Positions 1 to 13,879 of a stretch of DNA of 64,000 bases are shown here, one piece after another. This DNA is from Lama glama (Eukaryota): NCBI GenBank assembly GCA_028534125.1, contig CM052817.1:48300001-48364000 (forward strand), given 5' to 3'. The notes beneath the pieces were generated by a model. It did no database searches. It saw only the letters and a program-made list of their open reading frames with translations, and was not told the origin of the DNA. Each line of letters begins with the position of its first letter. Within the stretch, counting starts at the first letter, position 1. A program made the position numbers and the translations under genes.

Positions 1-275
1 AAGTACAGATTGGAGTGGGAGTATGGTTAGAATTAGGGAAGAGAAACAGATCCATTTCTATATGTTTTTAGTCCTTTCTTAAACTCTGAGGACAGAAGTA
101 AATAATCCATAAGGGTAGACATTATTCTCTCATTGGAACATGGTGTCTTTCCTTCATGTCTTCAAGAGTCTAAATAAAGCTATCCTAACACAATGTTAGA
201 CCTAGAGTCTATAAATGTCTTTTATCATCTGCCATGCTCCTACTCTGTTTTGCTTTTTACTTTGAATTTTGTTTT

Positions 276-420
276 TTGTTCATTCAACAATTTCTAGAGT
301 TTAGGTGCAAATACTTGCTGAGTAGTGTGAATAAACAATAGACAACAAGATGTGATATAGTCCTTGTCCTCACGGAGCTTACTGTAGAGTTCTTGTGGAA
401 GATAGATATTAAATAAACAT
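276..420 (-). mobile_element. L2 LINE 3' end fragment
   Basis: TTCATTCAACAA...TAGTCCTTGTCCTCACGGAGCTTAC resembles the reverse complement of the L2 3' terminus. Confidence 0.6.
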
Positions 421-1744
421 ATAATTTATAAATTTGTTATAGTACCCAATTTATTAATTACAAATAGGATTAGACAACAGTCATCACTGAGAGAGGACAG
501 ATGGAGATCTGCCCTATGGAAGTCTGGAGAGCTATCATCTCTGCATCTAATGTGATGGCAACTGAAGACAACTTTCCTAGCTCCACATTCCCTGCCACTG
601 ACATCATTCCCCCAGTAAAACTCAACAATGGGATATGGATGATGGTGCTCGGATGGGGCAATAATGTTCTTGTAGAGTAAGTTAATGCAACAATCATATT
701 GCCACATGATATCTTTTCTCACCCTACAACATTGTACTTGCCCTCAGGGAAATCTCACAAATTGTTTATTTAATGCACATTGAGAGATTTAGTTGCTTCA
801 TGGAGAAGAGCTCAGGGTGATGTTTCTAACAGAATCTCATGGCTCACTCATGTTTTCATCTTCATAAGGGAAAGAAAGTCGAATTGGAAACACTGAGGTC
901 TCTTCTTCTGCCTTTTGATAGACACAGTACCCCTCAGGCAAATAGCCCTAATCAATACTGTGGAAATATGTTTTATTTGCAATTTTACATAGTCCTAAGA
1001 TTTCTGTATTTACCTGTAGGGTAAATATTTACTATTGAAGGTACTACTTCTATGAAATATAGATCTTCCTTCAGAGTTCATCAAAGCCTCACTTTTAATA
1101 TCTAGCCAGTATATGAAAGCAACGTCTGACAGTAAGGATAAAAAAGTTCAAAGCCCGCCCCCCCTCTTTTAACTATCAGGAATGTTTTGTTGTTGTTATT
1201 GTTTTGACTCCTCAATTATGGTGAAAGGATATATTCCCAGACACAAACACTGTGCTGCTAGTTTGTAGTTATTTTTGCCAAACTGTTTTCATTTAAGTAC
1301 TTCTTTAGACCAAGGTTGTTGGTTTTTTCTTTTTTTAATAGATCCCTACTTTTTTCTCAACTCCTAACTTTAACTTCATCCTTCATCTATGCCATCTTTC
1401 ATCTTATGATTCTTATGATATTACATTCCCCTGTCCTCATTATTTAAGCTGGTTTCTGAATATATAAGGTGAATGTTGCTTTGCTTTCCATTAAATTGCT
1501 ATAGAATAAAATGGAGTTCCACATGAGAAAAGCTCAATATGTAACAGAGGAATTACAATTTTATCAAGCGCTCAAAAAATGGCATTGAGTGAAATTTGAT
1601 GTTTATAATAGCTGCCCCTGTGTTCTTGGAAAACATATCAATCCAAAGTTAACACTTACCTGGATATATGTATAATGTAAAACAGTAGGGGATGTATTTA
1701 ATTTCTTTCAAATAGAGATCATCAAAGATAGGGAAGTATTGGGT

Positions 1745-1970
1745 CATGGTTAAGACGCAACTCTAGAATCAAATTACATGGGTTTAAATCCTGACACAAC
1801 CATTTACTACCAGCTTGAGCTTGGTCAATGTTATGTAACTGCTCTCAGGCTCAGTTTCCACACTAGAAAAAACTATCTACTTGATCAAGTTGTGGAAATT
1901 ACATGCATTAAATAGATGTGAAGTGCTCAGAAATTCCAGTACACAGGAAGCAGTCAATAAATGTTAGCCA
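1745..1970 (+). mobile_element. MIR SINE
   Basis: GGGTTTAAATCCTGAC, CTCAGTTTCC core and CAATAAATGTTAGC 3' end typical of MIR. Confidence 0.8.
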
Positions 1971-4900
1971 CTCTTATGATAGACTTCAAATTTTGAACCC
2001 TAATACTATAGAAATTCAAACCAAATGTATTGAACACTACCTAGGTTTTTAGATGAGCTTGCATTGATCATCATCTAGCAGTACAGGAGAGTTGTATATA
2101 TATTTTCATTATATAGACATAGATATATAACTATACACACACATAAGTATACACACACGTATTTCTTACCTAATATTTTTCTTCTGTAATTAAAGTTACA
2201 TCTCTTTGTTTTTATTTTTTTGATTTTTTGACTAGATATATGTTTTTAATAAACTAAATATGAGGTACTATGAAATTCACGCAGGTGTTTCACACTGGAC
2301 TTCTAAGATCTCCCAGGTGAAAATAATGGAACATGTTACTTCAGGACTCTGTTCTCCAATTCACATCAAATTCTTCCCTGGGTTCTTGCAATCTGAGCAG
2401 CACACACACGTTAACTCACCTCTGGCTGGCCCGCCCACACTTTACTCATACTCTCCCTCTGCCCTGATCCAGAACACCATGGGTGGCAAAAAGGGATGGA
2501 GTTCCAGCAGAATGACCGGAATCAGGTCTAAAGAGGAACTGGAATCTATACTGACATAAGAAGGGCCTGCCAACAGCAGATACCCTTCTCCAAGCCAGCC
2601 GTTCTGTTTTCAGCACATTGCCACAGAGCTAAAGGGACTTAGGGATTTGCTGTTTGGAGGGGAGGTGCTTTGCCATTCCAAGTAAGTGGCTGGGAGTTCA
2701 CCATGGAAACCACCGCTTGAATTTTGGTGTATTTAAAGCCTCAATTCAGCATATAAAATCTGTAGTTTGCCTTTGAGAAACATCCCAGCTTTTCAAAAAG
2801 CTTTGGGTAAGTGGGAGCAAGGGATCAGAGGTGTTGATTAGTCTGTTTATTTAGCTAATAAAACTAAACTGTTTTTTTAGGCACAGTAGTTGGTTTCTTT
2901 GCCAGTGTAAGCAGAAAACTGGATTCATTATGTTTAGACATGCCCTTTCATTCAGGTCACAGTTGTACATTTGCAAATCTTTTTATCATATTTAATATCT
3001 ATGCAGATGCCGTGTGGCTACATGTTTATATTACTCCTTCCTAAAAAAAAGAGACACATTGAGTCAAGGATGTGTTTGCCTGACATTCCAATTTTTTAAT
3101 TGGGTCTTTTCCCAGAAACCTGGGTTGTTGTTTATAGTTTCTTTCTTCTATAAACACCATGGTAACCGGGGAAAGAAAACTTTTCATGAAATCCATTTTT
3201 CATCATTCCATAGTCTGCAAATTGCATTTAAATTCTGAAAAAAATGCCTTTAAATCAGAGGGTGCCAGTTTCCCTGGCATTTAAGATTTCTTAGTTGGTC
3301 CTATCTTCCTCTTTCCACCATTCCTCCTTGTCAAAGGCACCAGCAAGCAAGAGAGGTGGTCACTGCTTCACCACTCTCCCTTCTGGAGGCCTTCTCTCAC
3401 CACAGGTCTTACACGTGTGGAGTAATAGCCAAAGGGCAGGCGCAAAAGACAAACTGAGGTACACACATTCCAAAGATTAGGAGGTCTTTGAATAATGAAA
3501 AAGTGGTTGAAAATTATGTACTGAGTTAATGTAATTAGACCATTTCATTTCAAATTGCTTAATTTCAGAGCTTTGAATTTATACATTGCATTCTGTAATT
3601 TATGCAAAAGTAGTAAGAGCAAAGTTATTAAAATATTGCTTATGCTAATTTTTTATCTTTTTGGTATGCAAAATCCAGAAATTCCATTCAAAAATAAACA
3701 TTCTAGTGACAATCTTGACTCGTATCATATTAAAAGGTTATTTTCCAATTACCAGTTTGATCCAGTTACTGACACACTAATACCATTCTATTAATATGTA
3801 TCACTATTATATAAATAAAAGTTGTATTATTCTGATGTTCTTGATTTCTAATGGCATGGCAGCATTATACACACTACTAAATTTGGATTGTCATTAGTGT
3901 CTAATAATTTATATCATGAGTCCAACTCCTTTTCCTTTAATAGTGTTTTAGCCATAGACACATACTCCACTTTGCTTCAAGAATTCTTACAGATGTCAGA
4001 TATCTTACGTTGAACGTCACAATTCACGTTAGCAGACCTTCCATAATTGCTTGTTGGAGAGGTGTATTTACATCTACAGATTAGGAATAAATAATTAACA
4101 ATCTATGAGTAACGCCGCCATAATTACGCTGTTTAGACAAACGCTGGGTGGGAATAGTCTCCTTTCTCAAACATGAAGCATTTTCATTATGACCATTCCA
4201 TTATAAATCTCAATTGAGAATAATTAATAAAAATGATTATAAATCACTTTGCAAAAATAAAACTGCTAAGCATGAGCTGAATAAGTACTATTAATTAAAG
4301 TTCTTAAGGGTCTGGAGCAAAAAGGAAACATTGCCTCAGCCTTGCTAAAATGAGGCCAAAAACTACTGCTGATGAAATGCAGGAAACCCAGGGGGGAATG
4401 TTAGAGTAGGAAAGGTGGCAAAGACGGCTCTCCTATAAAATAAGCCTCATGTTGTCTCAGGGCCACTGTTTCTCTTTTGATAAGGTATTTTTATATCAGC
4501 GGCCAACAGAATCATGATACATGCGCTGATTTGGACATTGGCCAGCTTCTCTCAAGGTATAATTTTACTGTCTTTACACCAGTATGTGTGGTCACATCAG
4601 AGTCAGTTGTGGTGAAAGTCCTATAATTTTCACGTACCAAATTTCTGAGCACGGTATGGTCAACGACCATGAAGACACACCAAAACGTGTCACGTACGCA
4701 TGGGACGTGCACGTAACTGCACAGAGGGAAAATACGTCATAGTAATAAAATCACATCAAAAAAAAAATTTCTTCTCACCCAACTGTGGTTAGGTGTCAAG
4801 AACCCCTGACCGACGCATGAGCAGCACAGGCTATTAGGAAACCCAGCTCTCTTCCCACCGCCACAGCTTCCTTGGCAGCATTCGGTGGAATTATAAGCCA

Positions 4901-5579
4901 CAGAACTGGCCTGTTTACACAGTGCATCATCATTCCCACAAGTCCAAAACTGGTCTTCTATGGATAGTAACACAGAAGCGTAATAAGGGAGGATGGACTG
5001 AGTTCCTTTTTATTAAAGTAGTGTGTGAAAAGCCAGCAGAGATCATGGGTATTCTTGTAAATTCTGCACTGACTGCTCTATAAAGAACTATGATGTGCAA
5101 AGTTTGTGCATATATATAACTAAGAAATGCAAATAAACGTTTCCAATATCTGTAATACCAAACGTACTTTAAAAAGATCACATGTTTATTCTAATTCATG
5201 CACTTTGAACACCTCCAATTAAATAGATGATTCTGGTAAACCCATACAGAGAAATACAGCAGAAATCTAGAAGAAATATTTTCATAGGATGGAGCTTCCT
5301 TTAATTATACCTACCAGCTCCATATTTTTGGACTGCCTTAAAGGTGAGACCAATAGTGTTTATTCTTTATTTGGGTCTTTAATAATTAAATGCTCTTTTT
5401 TTGCAGACCAAAGTGAAGAGATACCTTAAGTCAAATCCCATTCAACAGAAACTAGTGCTATTCCCAGATGGAAGAGATACCCAAAATCCTACAAGATGAT
5501 TTCCATCTACAGAACTCAATTTGTTTAACATACCGAGTTCTCATACACCAGAATTGGAAGAATTTATTAGAAGTCATGT

Positions 5580-5812
5580 CAGTTGGTGGCTTTCAAACTT
5601 TTTCAACCACAGACCCACCATACACACATACACACACACAGAATAATAATAATAATTATTAATAATAATAATGCAAAAGTCACAAAACAGTAATTACTCT
5701 TATGGAATATACTCTGAGAGTTTCTATTCCAGTTTATTCTCAACTGCTCATTGTAACCCACTAAATTGATTTTGTGGCCCACCAGTGGGTTGCAACTCAC
5801 AGTTTAAAAATT
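5580..5812. mobile_element. hAT-Charlie family MITE relic (Charlie4-like) with internal (CA)/(AAT) microsatellites
   Basis: TTTCAAACTTTTT start and ACCCACTAAATTGATTT...GGGTTGCAACTCACAGTTTAAAAA end resemble Charlie4-type termini. Confidence 0.55.
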
Positions 5813-6339
5813 TGGGCCACACTCCAGCCATTGGCAATTTACAAGAATGAAATAAATCATAGATTACATCTAATGTTTTTCATTTTAAAAATGATACAAA
5901 AACAGATTTACATACCAATCTTTTCCACAGCATGGATCATCACACATTCCTTTACAAATATAGAGAGATAATAAATCATTGATGATTTACAACTATTCTT
6001 CCTTTACTTGTTATATCTTTGCTTTTCCCCTAGTTTCATCTATAATATGTACCAATTTAATTTTTGTCCTGGTTTTGTCACTGATGTATTTTAGCATTTC
6101 TACTTTACTGGAGACTATTAGTACTTACCATATTTTTTTATTCTCTATTTTCCCTTTATTCAAGTCCAATATACATCTTCCTAAAGATTTTCCAGTTCTA
6201 TTAACCCCAACTGTTAACAAACTTACCCAGATTCTTTGTCGATTGTACACTGGAGGGCCAGGCGCTCCTGAGATAATTCTTTCCTGCACCCTCTCGTGTA
6301 CAAACATCTTCTGTCTTCATTCCTCTAAAATGTATCTTT

Positions 6340-6440
6340 AAATTAAAATTTCAGTTTTTTAGTCACACTCACCACATTTCAAGTGTTAGGTCACCACATG
6401 GATGGCTGCATGTGGCTGGTGACTGCTGTACTGGACAGGC
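6340..6440. mobile_element. MER3/MER33-like hAT MITE fragment
   Basis: TAGTCACAC..CCACATTTCAAGTG...CATGTGGCTGGTGACTGCTGTACTGGACAG matches the MER3/MER33 end. Confidence 0.7.
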
Positions 6441-8911
6441 TAGGAGGCCCTCATCTCCCCACAGCCAGCAATGAAATAAAATCACATGAGAACAATATGA
6501 GACATGGACTTTCAAGCAACAAAATATTTCTCCAACACACCTGAATCACACCATAACTCTTCTATCATCATCTCCACATTACTTTAGACTTAAGAGAAGA
6601 TGGAAGAAAAACACAAGAAGAAAATGAAAAGAATCAATGGGAAAGGCATGGTCAACTGAAGTCAGAGAGAGTGTGGTCCCAGGGCACTTAGCAACCTGCA
6701 CAAGAAAGCAAGCTGCCAAAGGGGGGATTCAGGTCATGTTCCCCAAAGCACCCCAATCTGCCCTTCCCCTCTTCCCATTTCTGCACACTTATTTAAAGAG
6801 TTGCTGGTGAGAAGTAGTTGATGGAATAAGGCAAAGGATTTCAGGTTTTAAATCATCTTTTCTGCTAGTCCTGCTGAATGGCAGGCCCTTTGTTGCATTT
6901 TGCAAATTGTATTTACCTTTCCATTTAGGTAACATACTTAACTGAGTTCTCATTTGTTTCTTGTGGACTAAAAAAAGTTCTGTGTATTTACTGGCTCAGT
7001 TCTCTGCCTGCACATGAGGGAATCAGGGTGTTTACACACCACTATTTCTGGCTGAACCCAAACCTTGGTTCCCAGAGGAAGGCAACTTGCAGACCATCTC
7101 CATTTATGAGAAGGACAACCGTTTTCCCAGCCACTTCTTAACGCATGGCTCTTGGTTCTCCCCAGAACCTAGTGGCTACCTCCCCGCCTCCACCCCCAGC
7201 CAAACCCAGGTTTGGTTTCTCTGTTTCAGATACTCTCTGTTTCCCTGGGCAACATCACTGTGTACAGAAACTCACTGCTTGGACACTCCTAGGATTGTCA
7301 GGGCTCAACATTTATTTTTGTAACAATACTCAAGATTAACAATGTATTTTCTCTTTCAGGCATAAAATTTAAGGGGTACTGAAGCATAAAATTGGTCTTA
7401 TGAACACATACTATATAGATAAGTCTTTATAAGAAGGTAAAATAAATATATGATTTCACACTTAAATTTACAAACAATTAGATTAAGCCAGATGGCTAAT
7501 TGGATTTAGGGGCTACATTTGATCAATCAAAAAATAATGCTGTCTTTGAAAGTAAGCCAGTAAATCTCTGGCCCCACTGCATTTTTGTAGTGATGGGAAG
7601 AGAAAAGCCATTAGTGAGGAGAAAATCTCATCCAAATCTATCAGCAGAATTCACAAAATGAGTTCCAAGCTAAGCTTCAGAAGGTAAAATGAGAAATTGT
7701 TCCTCACCCACCCCATCCATCCACAGTACCTGACATGTGACTGGTGCTTAATAAACATTTGTTGAACAGATAAATGATGACAAACAGAACAGAAAGTACC
7801 TCCATGCCTAGGGGTAGTTACAGAATTTCAAATTCACACCTGAAAGAAGTTTAGAGGTCTCCTCGCTAGTGAGATCCAGCAGCTGAAGGAATTTAACGCT
7901 TTCACATTCCCTGCTTTTAACACACAAAACTTAGGACTTCCTGTTCCCTGCAAAAGAAAAGCTATGTCTTATTTCTATGTCCTATTTAAACCAATCCCCC
8001 TAAGTCATATCAGAAGAGAGCCCAGAAAAGGACTATTATTTGAGGGAGAGAACCTGCATGTAATTTTTTGCTTAGTGTTGAATTCATTTTTAGGCTGTTA
8101 GTTTTAAACTAATAATAATATGAGTAGAGTGCCCCTGTGCCAATGTCTAAAGAATAAAAAATGAGAAAAGTCAACAAGGAGAATTTTGCCATTCTGGTTT
8201 AGCTCACGGAGCTTATGGTACCTCTAGCTTCAACCACTTCCTTCAATCCCAGCTTCAGGGTTTGAGGCTATTTCAACTGAGGACCTTAGGAGTTTCATTC
8301 CTTAAGAGGGTCTGGAGACTCCATTTCCTTTTAGACTGATCAAGACTTGTTTCACAGGGTCCCAGAAGAGCAACAAGAAGGGCCAGTGGGAAAACTTTAT
8401 GCAGAAGAGAGATGCTGACTCAATAGGAAGAAGAGCTGTCAATGAAATTACAGACCTGGGAAGTTCCCTGTCACTGTTCAGACAGAGGGCGGAAGCAGAG
8501 AGGAAGGAAGGAACAGCAGGCAGCAGTGAGGGTGAGGCCCTCTAAAGTCCTTTCCAGTCCTAAGCTTCTGTGATTCCAGGAGCCTCCTCCCAGCATTCTG
8601 AAATAAGCTGCTGCATCTAGTCACTTACCTGAACTGTCCAAAGTAAGGAGGAACATGGAAGAAAGAACAGAAGCTCACATTGGTCAGGCCCAGGGCTCTC
8701 CTGAGACCAGCCTCATTCCCTCCAGAGTCACTGCATGTTGGAAGCTCTCAATCCTCCCTCAGCACAACCAGGCCAGACCAGTGCTTTACCAGGCACACGG
8801 AATCCAGCCAAAACAAACCCTGCCTTAGAACTGTGGAAAACAGCTCTTTTTTTTTTTTTCTGGCTACAATGCAGACAGATGACTGCCCCTCCCTCCCCAG
8901 AAAGACCTTAC

Positions 8912-8979
8912 CTGAAAAACCATGAAATCCTACTTGATTTAATTCCGTGTCCCGAAATATGATGTTCCGTGTCACGATG
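8912..8979 (-). other. candidate exon, or 3' part of a longer first exon
   Basis: Minus-strand donor CAG|GTAAGG at 8912/8911; weak acceptor TTAATTTATAG at 8980; locally CpG-retaining unique sequence. Confidence 0.35.
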
Positions 8980-10351
8980 CTATAAATTAACTTGGTATTC
9001 TGACAAATGAGCTCCTGGTGTGATTAAGTCAAGCCCCATTTGTTTCCTATTTCCTCTTCTCCTGCTCCACTTCATCACAGAGCACTGGCAGAAAAACCCA
9101 AGTCCTTGGTTCATGCAGGGGAGAAGCGCGAGGAGAGAGGAAGGAAAAGCATCACTGTGGTGTGTGGCTGGGTTTCTCACAGTTGACTTTGGAATCCATC
9201 TCTCCAACTGCTTATTACTCATTGATTGTCACCAACCGCCAACTCGGGGGAAAGTTGGGGAGATAACAGACAGAGGTGAGGAGGACAAAAAGAGGACAAA
9301 AAAGCAAAGGAAGGAGAGAAAGAACACACAGGAGAAGTAAGGAGAATAAAGACAAAGAAATTGGAAAGGAGAGGAAGAGAAAGGCTTCTTGTTAAAATAA
9401 AACCCACAAAATTCCCAACTCCCCAATGTAACTCTCTCTCTCAAAAAAAAAAAAAAAAAGTTGGTCACTCCTTTGGAATGACCGCAGAGAGCTGAGTTCA
9501 CTCTACTGTAATTCCAACTGCTGGATATTATCTCCAAGGAGGACGTGGGAAGGTCTTGCAAAGAAGTCGAGACTCAGGTTGCTGAATTCCCTGTAACAGG
9601 ATGCAACCTCTGCTATAAATATGGGTGGATACCTGACATTGGTAACATCACTGAAGCACTATTTTCTCCTAAAACAGAGGGACAGCAGGAAACATGGTTA
9701 AGTTTGAATGTCATAGAGGCCCAGAAATGGCCCCACAAAGTTCCCAGAAAAGTAACCTCAGCAGATTCCAAATCATGTCTCTTCATTCTCTATTTTATGC
9801 TTAAATGCTTCCCACTCTTTTTTATGCACAGTGTTTAGTTTTCCTCTTAATATGTTTATTTTGGTTTTAGCCAAAGGAGGAGGCTGCTCATGAGGCACAC
9901 GTATAACTGGCAAAGTCACTGGGAAGTTCCGTCCTAGGGCTAATCTCTAAGCACATAGTATCTGATGGCATTTCTGTGCATGAGTTCTGACTACAAAGCA
10001 AGGACTGCCTGTAGCTTGTGGGAGTTTCCCTACTCCTTTTTGAACAAGACCTGTCCCTCTTACACACACACACACACACCCCTTATATAAGTACATGGGA
10101 CCGTGTGTTATGTAACTTTGTATTTCCTGCTCCCATGCTTTGGAATTAATAAATTATCAATTAGTGTTATCTTGGTTTAAACCTTTTGATTAAAAGATAG
10201 GTAAGATTAGAAAGTAGCTACCTAAGCAAGCAGTACTGTCTTCTTCCTTACTCACACTCCTATTATTCTCCAAACATTGAACCCTGGCTTGAGAGCTTTG
10301 CTGATCTTTAATTCTCTTTAGCTGAGTTCCCGACACGGTATCTATGCAATA

Positions 10352-11605
10352 CTTCATTCAATACTTACTAAGCACTGATGTGCTCCAGGCACTATTCTAA
10401 GTGCTGGGGGTACTAATGAGGAAGGCAGACAAGGTCCCCGAATTCTTGGAATGAATTCCCAGAGGAGAAGACAAATTATAAACAGAGTTTTCAAACTTAT
10501 TTATGAAAAGGTGGTCAAGAAGATAAAAGATGTTTGAGCTGAGACCCAAGTGAAGTAAGACAGCAAGCCAGGTGAAGATGTGAAGGAAGACAGCCTAGAA
10601 GAAGAAAAGTGCAAGAACACATGCTCTGAGGTGGGAAAATCTTGAAATGTTTGAGGCCATGTGGCTAGAGCAGCATGAATGAGTGGAAAACAGGAGAAAG
10701 TGAGCATTAGATGATCACCCATGTCTCACAGACACGGACAGAGGTTCAGATTTTACCCTAAGTGTATCAGGAAGTCGTTCAAAGATTCTGAGCAAGGATG
10801 TTGCGTGATCCCTTGGGCTATCAGGTTACACTGAGGGAGGGCAGGTGGGAAGCTTAGGGGTCCCTGCAGGTCTGGGTAGGAGATGACTGACTGTGTCTTG
10901 AACTACTGTGACAGCAGTGGAGGTAATGAAAAGTGATCATATTAGATACACATTTTGAAAATAAACCACTAATGGATTGCTGTGTTGTGGGAAAATAAGA
11001 AAGAAAAGAATCGAGAATGTCTATGATATCACTTATATGTGAAATCTAAAATAATGACACAAATGAACTTATTTGTAATACAGAAAGACTCAGACATGGA
11101 AAACAAACTTATGGTTACCAGGAGGGAAGTAGGGGGAGGGATAAATTGGGACTTTGGGATTTGCAGATACTAACTACTATATATAAAATAAATAACAAGG
11201 TCCTGCTGTAGAGCACAGGGAACTATATTTAATGTCTTGTAGTAACCTATGATGACAAAGAATATGAAAACGAGCATATATTTATATGTGTGTGTGTATA
11301 ACTGAATCACTATGCTGTACACCAGAGACTAACACAACATTGTAAATCAACTATAGCTCAATTGAAAAAAAAAGAAGAATGTCTTATGTTTGGGGCCTGA
11401 GGAACTCACTTAAATGTAAATGACATCATTTAATGAGATGGGGCAACTCGGGGTGGGGAGGAGTGGCTTTGGAGGGAAAATCAAAGCAATACGTTTGTGA
11501 AATCCATCACAAATCCAAGCGGAAAGCCAAGGCAATTCAATATAGAAGTCTGGAGACCAAAGAGAAGCCAAACTTGGAGACATAAATTTGGAAGTCATCA
11601 ACAGA
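10352..11605 (-). mobile_element. L2 LINE fragment interrupted by a younger L1 3' end
   Basis: TCATTCAATACTTACTAAGCAC...CCAGGCACTATTCTAAGTGCTGGGG start; GGAGACATAAATTTGGAAGTCATCA end; purine-rich L2 antisense character throughout. Confidence 0.8.
11023..11375 (+). mobile_element. 5'-truncated L1 (3' UTR only), cetartiodactyl type
   Basis: TATGATATCACTTATATGTG...GCTGTACACCAGAGACTAACACAACATTGTAAATCAACTATA plus A-tail; target-site duplication AGAATGTCT at 11014-11022 and 11376-11384. Confidence 0.92.
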
Positions 11606-12297
11606 TTTTATTTATTACCATTAGATGCTATCATGTGTTCAAAAACAACCTATTTTAAAATAGTTTTACTAGAAAATACAAGAAAAGGGAAACAAAAAGT
11701 CAAATACCTCTACTATCCCCAAAAGAAGCAGTCTAGCTCAATGAATTAGACTAGCACCACTTCCCTGCAAACTGGATAACCCCTTGTGGTTAAATAGAAA
11801 AAGATGGATCAATCACTGACTCATTGATTTTTTTTCACTTGTACTTTTTTTGTTTCCTGGCCCCCAACATACCCCAGCAGCCTCTTGTCCTTCCCGCAAA
11901 ATAGAAAATCCAGTTTCATGGCAGGGAAGTGTGAATCACTGTGACAAAGGTAGAAAGATACAATCAGCCTAGAGAAGAAATAGTGTTTGTATAATCTGTG
12001 AACCTTGAGATATGCTTGTTCAAGAGAACTTTGCCCACTGACTGTACAGATCCTTGGAGATAACATGAATCAAGCGAGATGTAATAATAAACTGGTTTCT
12101 CAAACTAGAAAGATGGAAGGTCTTGGTATGTCTTTGGTTGCACCTTTTCCTCCTAAAGACAGTTCTTTCCCATAGACCCTATTTAGAATTTTGCAAGAGT
12201 TGACAGTAGTCATGACCAAAATTTGGTGTGATTGCCACATGTGATTTATCATGTTTGCCTGGGCAAGCTTTGGGAAAGAGCTTGGCCTAAAAGCCAA

Positions 12298-12300
<3 letters not shown>

Positions 12301-12356
<56 letters not shown>
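12301..12356. repeat. (TA)n microsatellite
   Basis: Perfect TA run of about 28 units. Confidence 0.98.
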
Positions 12357-12361
<5 letters not shown>

Positions 12362-13879
12362 ATTGATTAATGAGGCAGCCAGGGAATGGAGAGTGTTAAT
12401 ATTTTAATAGGGGTGATAACACTGGCCTCCAGAAAGAGTTCATTTATTGACCCCCTGACTTCCTTTTACTCAAAGTGGTGACTAAACATTCCCTTCATTA
12501 ATCAACTTAACTACCTGGTCTGTCATTCCAAGGCCACACTGACATAATGCATGAAGTCTCTCTTGTAGCCCGGCTATGACACTGTTAAACATAGAAAAAA
12601 AAATTGGCAAATACATCCATGGAGCACTCTTATATTGAAGAAACTACCAAGATCTTTTTATTAGAGCCCATTATCAGCAAAAGAAAAGGCCCTGGTGGCA
12701 TTTTCCCCATGTGCTAGGAGCCACTCTTGACAAAGTAAAGCACTGGGGTCTATTGCATGAAATTGCTTTGTAGATGAAACTCCCTTGTAAAGTAGACCCT
12801 TTGCCTTTAAGCTTGTGAGCAGAACAAACCAGAAACAGGAGAGTCTTTCCCTGTGTTAACACAGCACCTTATTCATCTCCACTTCTTTTTTCAGATGAAA
12901 CCAGTGGTTAGTGTTGCCCTCAGAGGTCAAATGGGACAGGTAGAAGCCATCTGAGAATTTTCCATCCTAAGATTGTTGAATGTTCAGGAGCTATGCAGAA
13001 AGCAAATCAGAATGGACTTTTGACAGAAACAGGAGCTCTTTCTCAGGAGAAATGAGGGTCTGTTCAAGGTATGAGAAAGCTCTAAAAGAGAGGGTGGTTA
13101 AAGGACCTTGTGGTTATCTTGAGATCAAGAAGCTTGTAGTCATCTTCACTAAATATTACTTAGTGAATAAATGAACAGTCCATTCAGAGTAAGAAGCTAA
13201 TCCAGGAAGCATCACTTTCTATACCATAGAAGGAAAGCTGGGCAGACTGTTCAGGTATCCTAGTCAGAGAATAGACTGATGTCTAGACAGAAAAGTGTAG
13301 GATCAAGGAGTTTCAAGGATTAGCAATCAGTGGAGGATGACTCTTAAGGAACTAAGGTGTAGGGTGGAATATAAGGTAGGGACAGAAGGACAGGGATAGT
13401 TAGAACTTGGGTCCAAGATTGAGGTGTCTATCACAACTATGATCCAGAGTCAGAGCAGAATCAGCAGTAAGGTGCCTCTTGGCCTAGAGCTAATATTCTC
13501 CCTGATTAGAGTTGAGTCTGAGTCCGAATCAGAGTCTCAGCCAGATCTAGCTTAAACTGGAGATTTACTACTCCAACTCAGGGAAATGGTAGTTAAAAGG
13601 GTAAGGAAGCCACATTGGTCATTACACCATCCTCCTCTCAAGGATTCCTATAGCCAGTTTTATGGGAAGGAGCTACTAGACATAGAGATACCTCTTATTT
13701 GGCCCAGAGCCAAAGCATAAGCTTTGGATTCAGGCAAAAGTTTCAGCTTTCTCATCTATTAGCAAGCAAGACCCTGGTGACAGCAACATAGCCTCTTTGT
13801 ATGTAGCATGTAATGTGCTTAATACTGTGCCAGACTAACACTAAGTTATACCCCAAAATGCTAGTGTTTTTATTATTTC

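Noticed and set aside
426..722. Overlapping ORFs on both strands (98 aa and 75 aa on minus; 59 aa on plus ending near GA|GTAAGT)
   Set aside because: No recognisable protein similarity and no convincing acceptor; could be a decayed unclassified repeat
2420..2690. GC box (GGCCCGCCCAC) followed by a plus-strand donor-like CAA|GTAAGT
   Set aside because: Single motifs with no CpG island or supporting downstream exon chain
5407..5499. Plus-strand acceptor (T-run + GCAG) followed by 30 codons TKVKRYLKSNPIQQKLVLFPDGRDTQNPTR and a stop
   Set aside because: No upstream partner exon found, peptide unrecognised, and such sites occur by chance in AT-rich DNA
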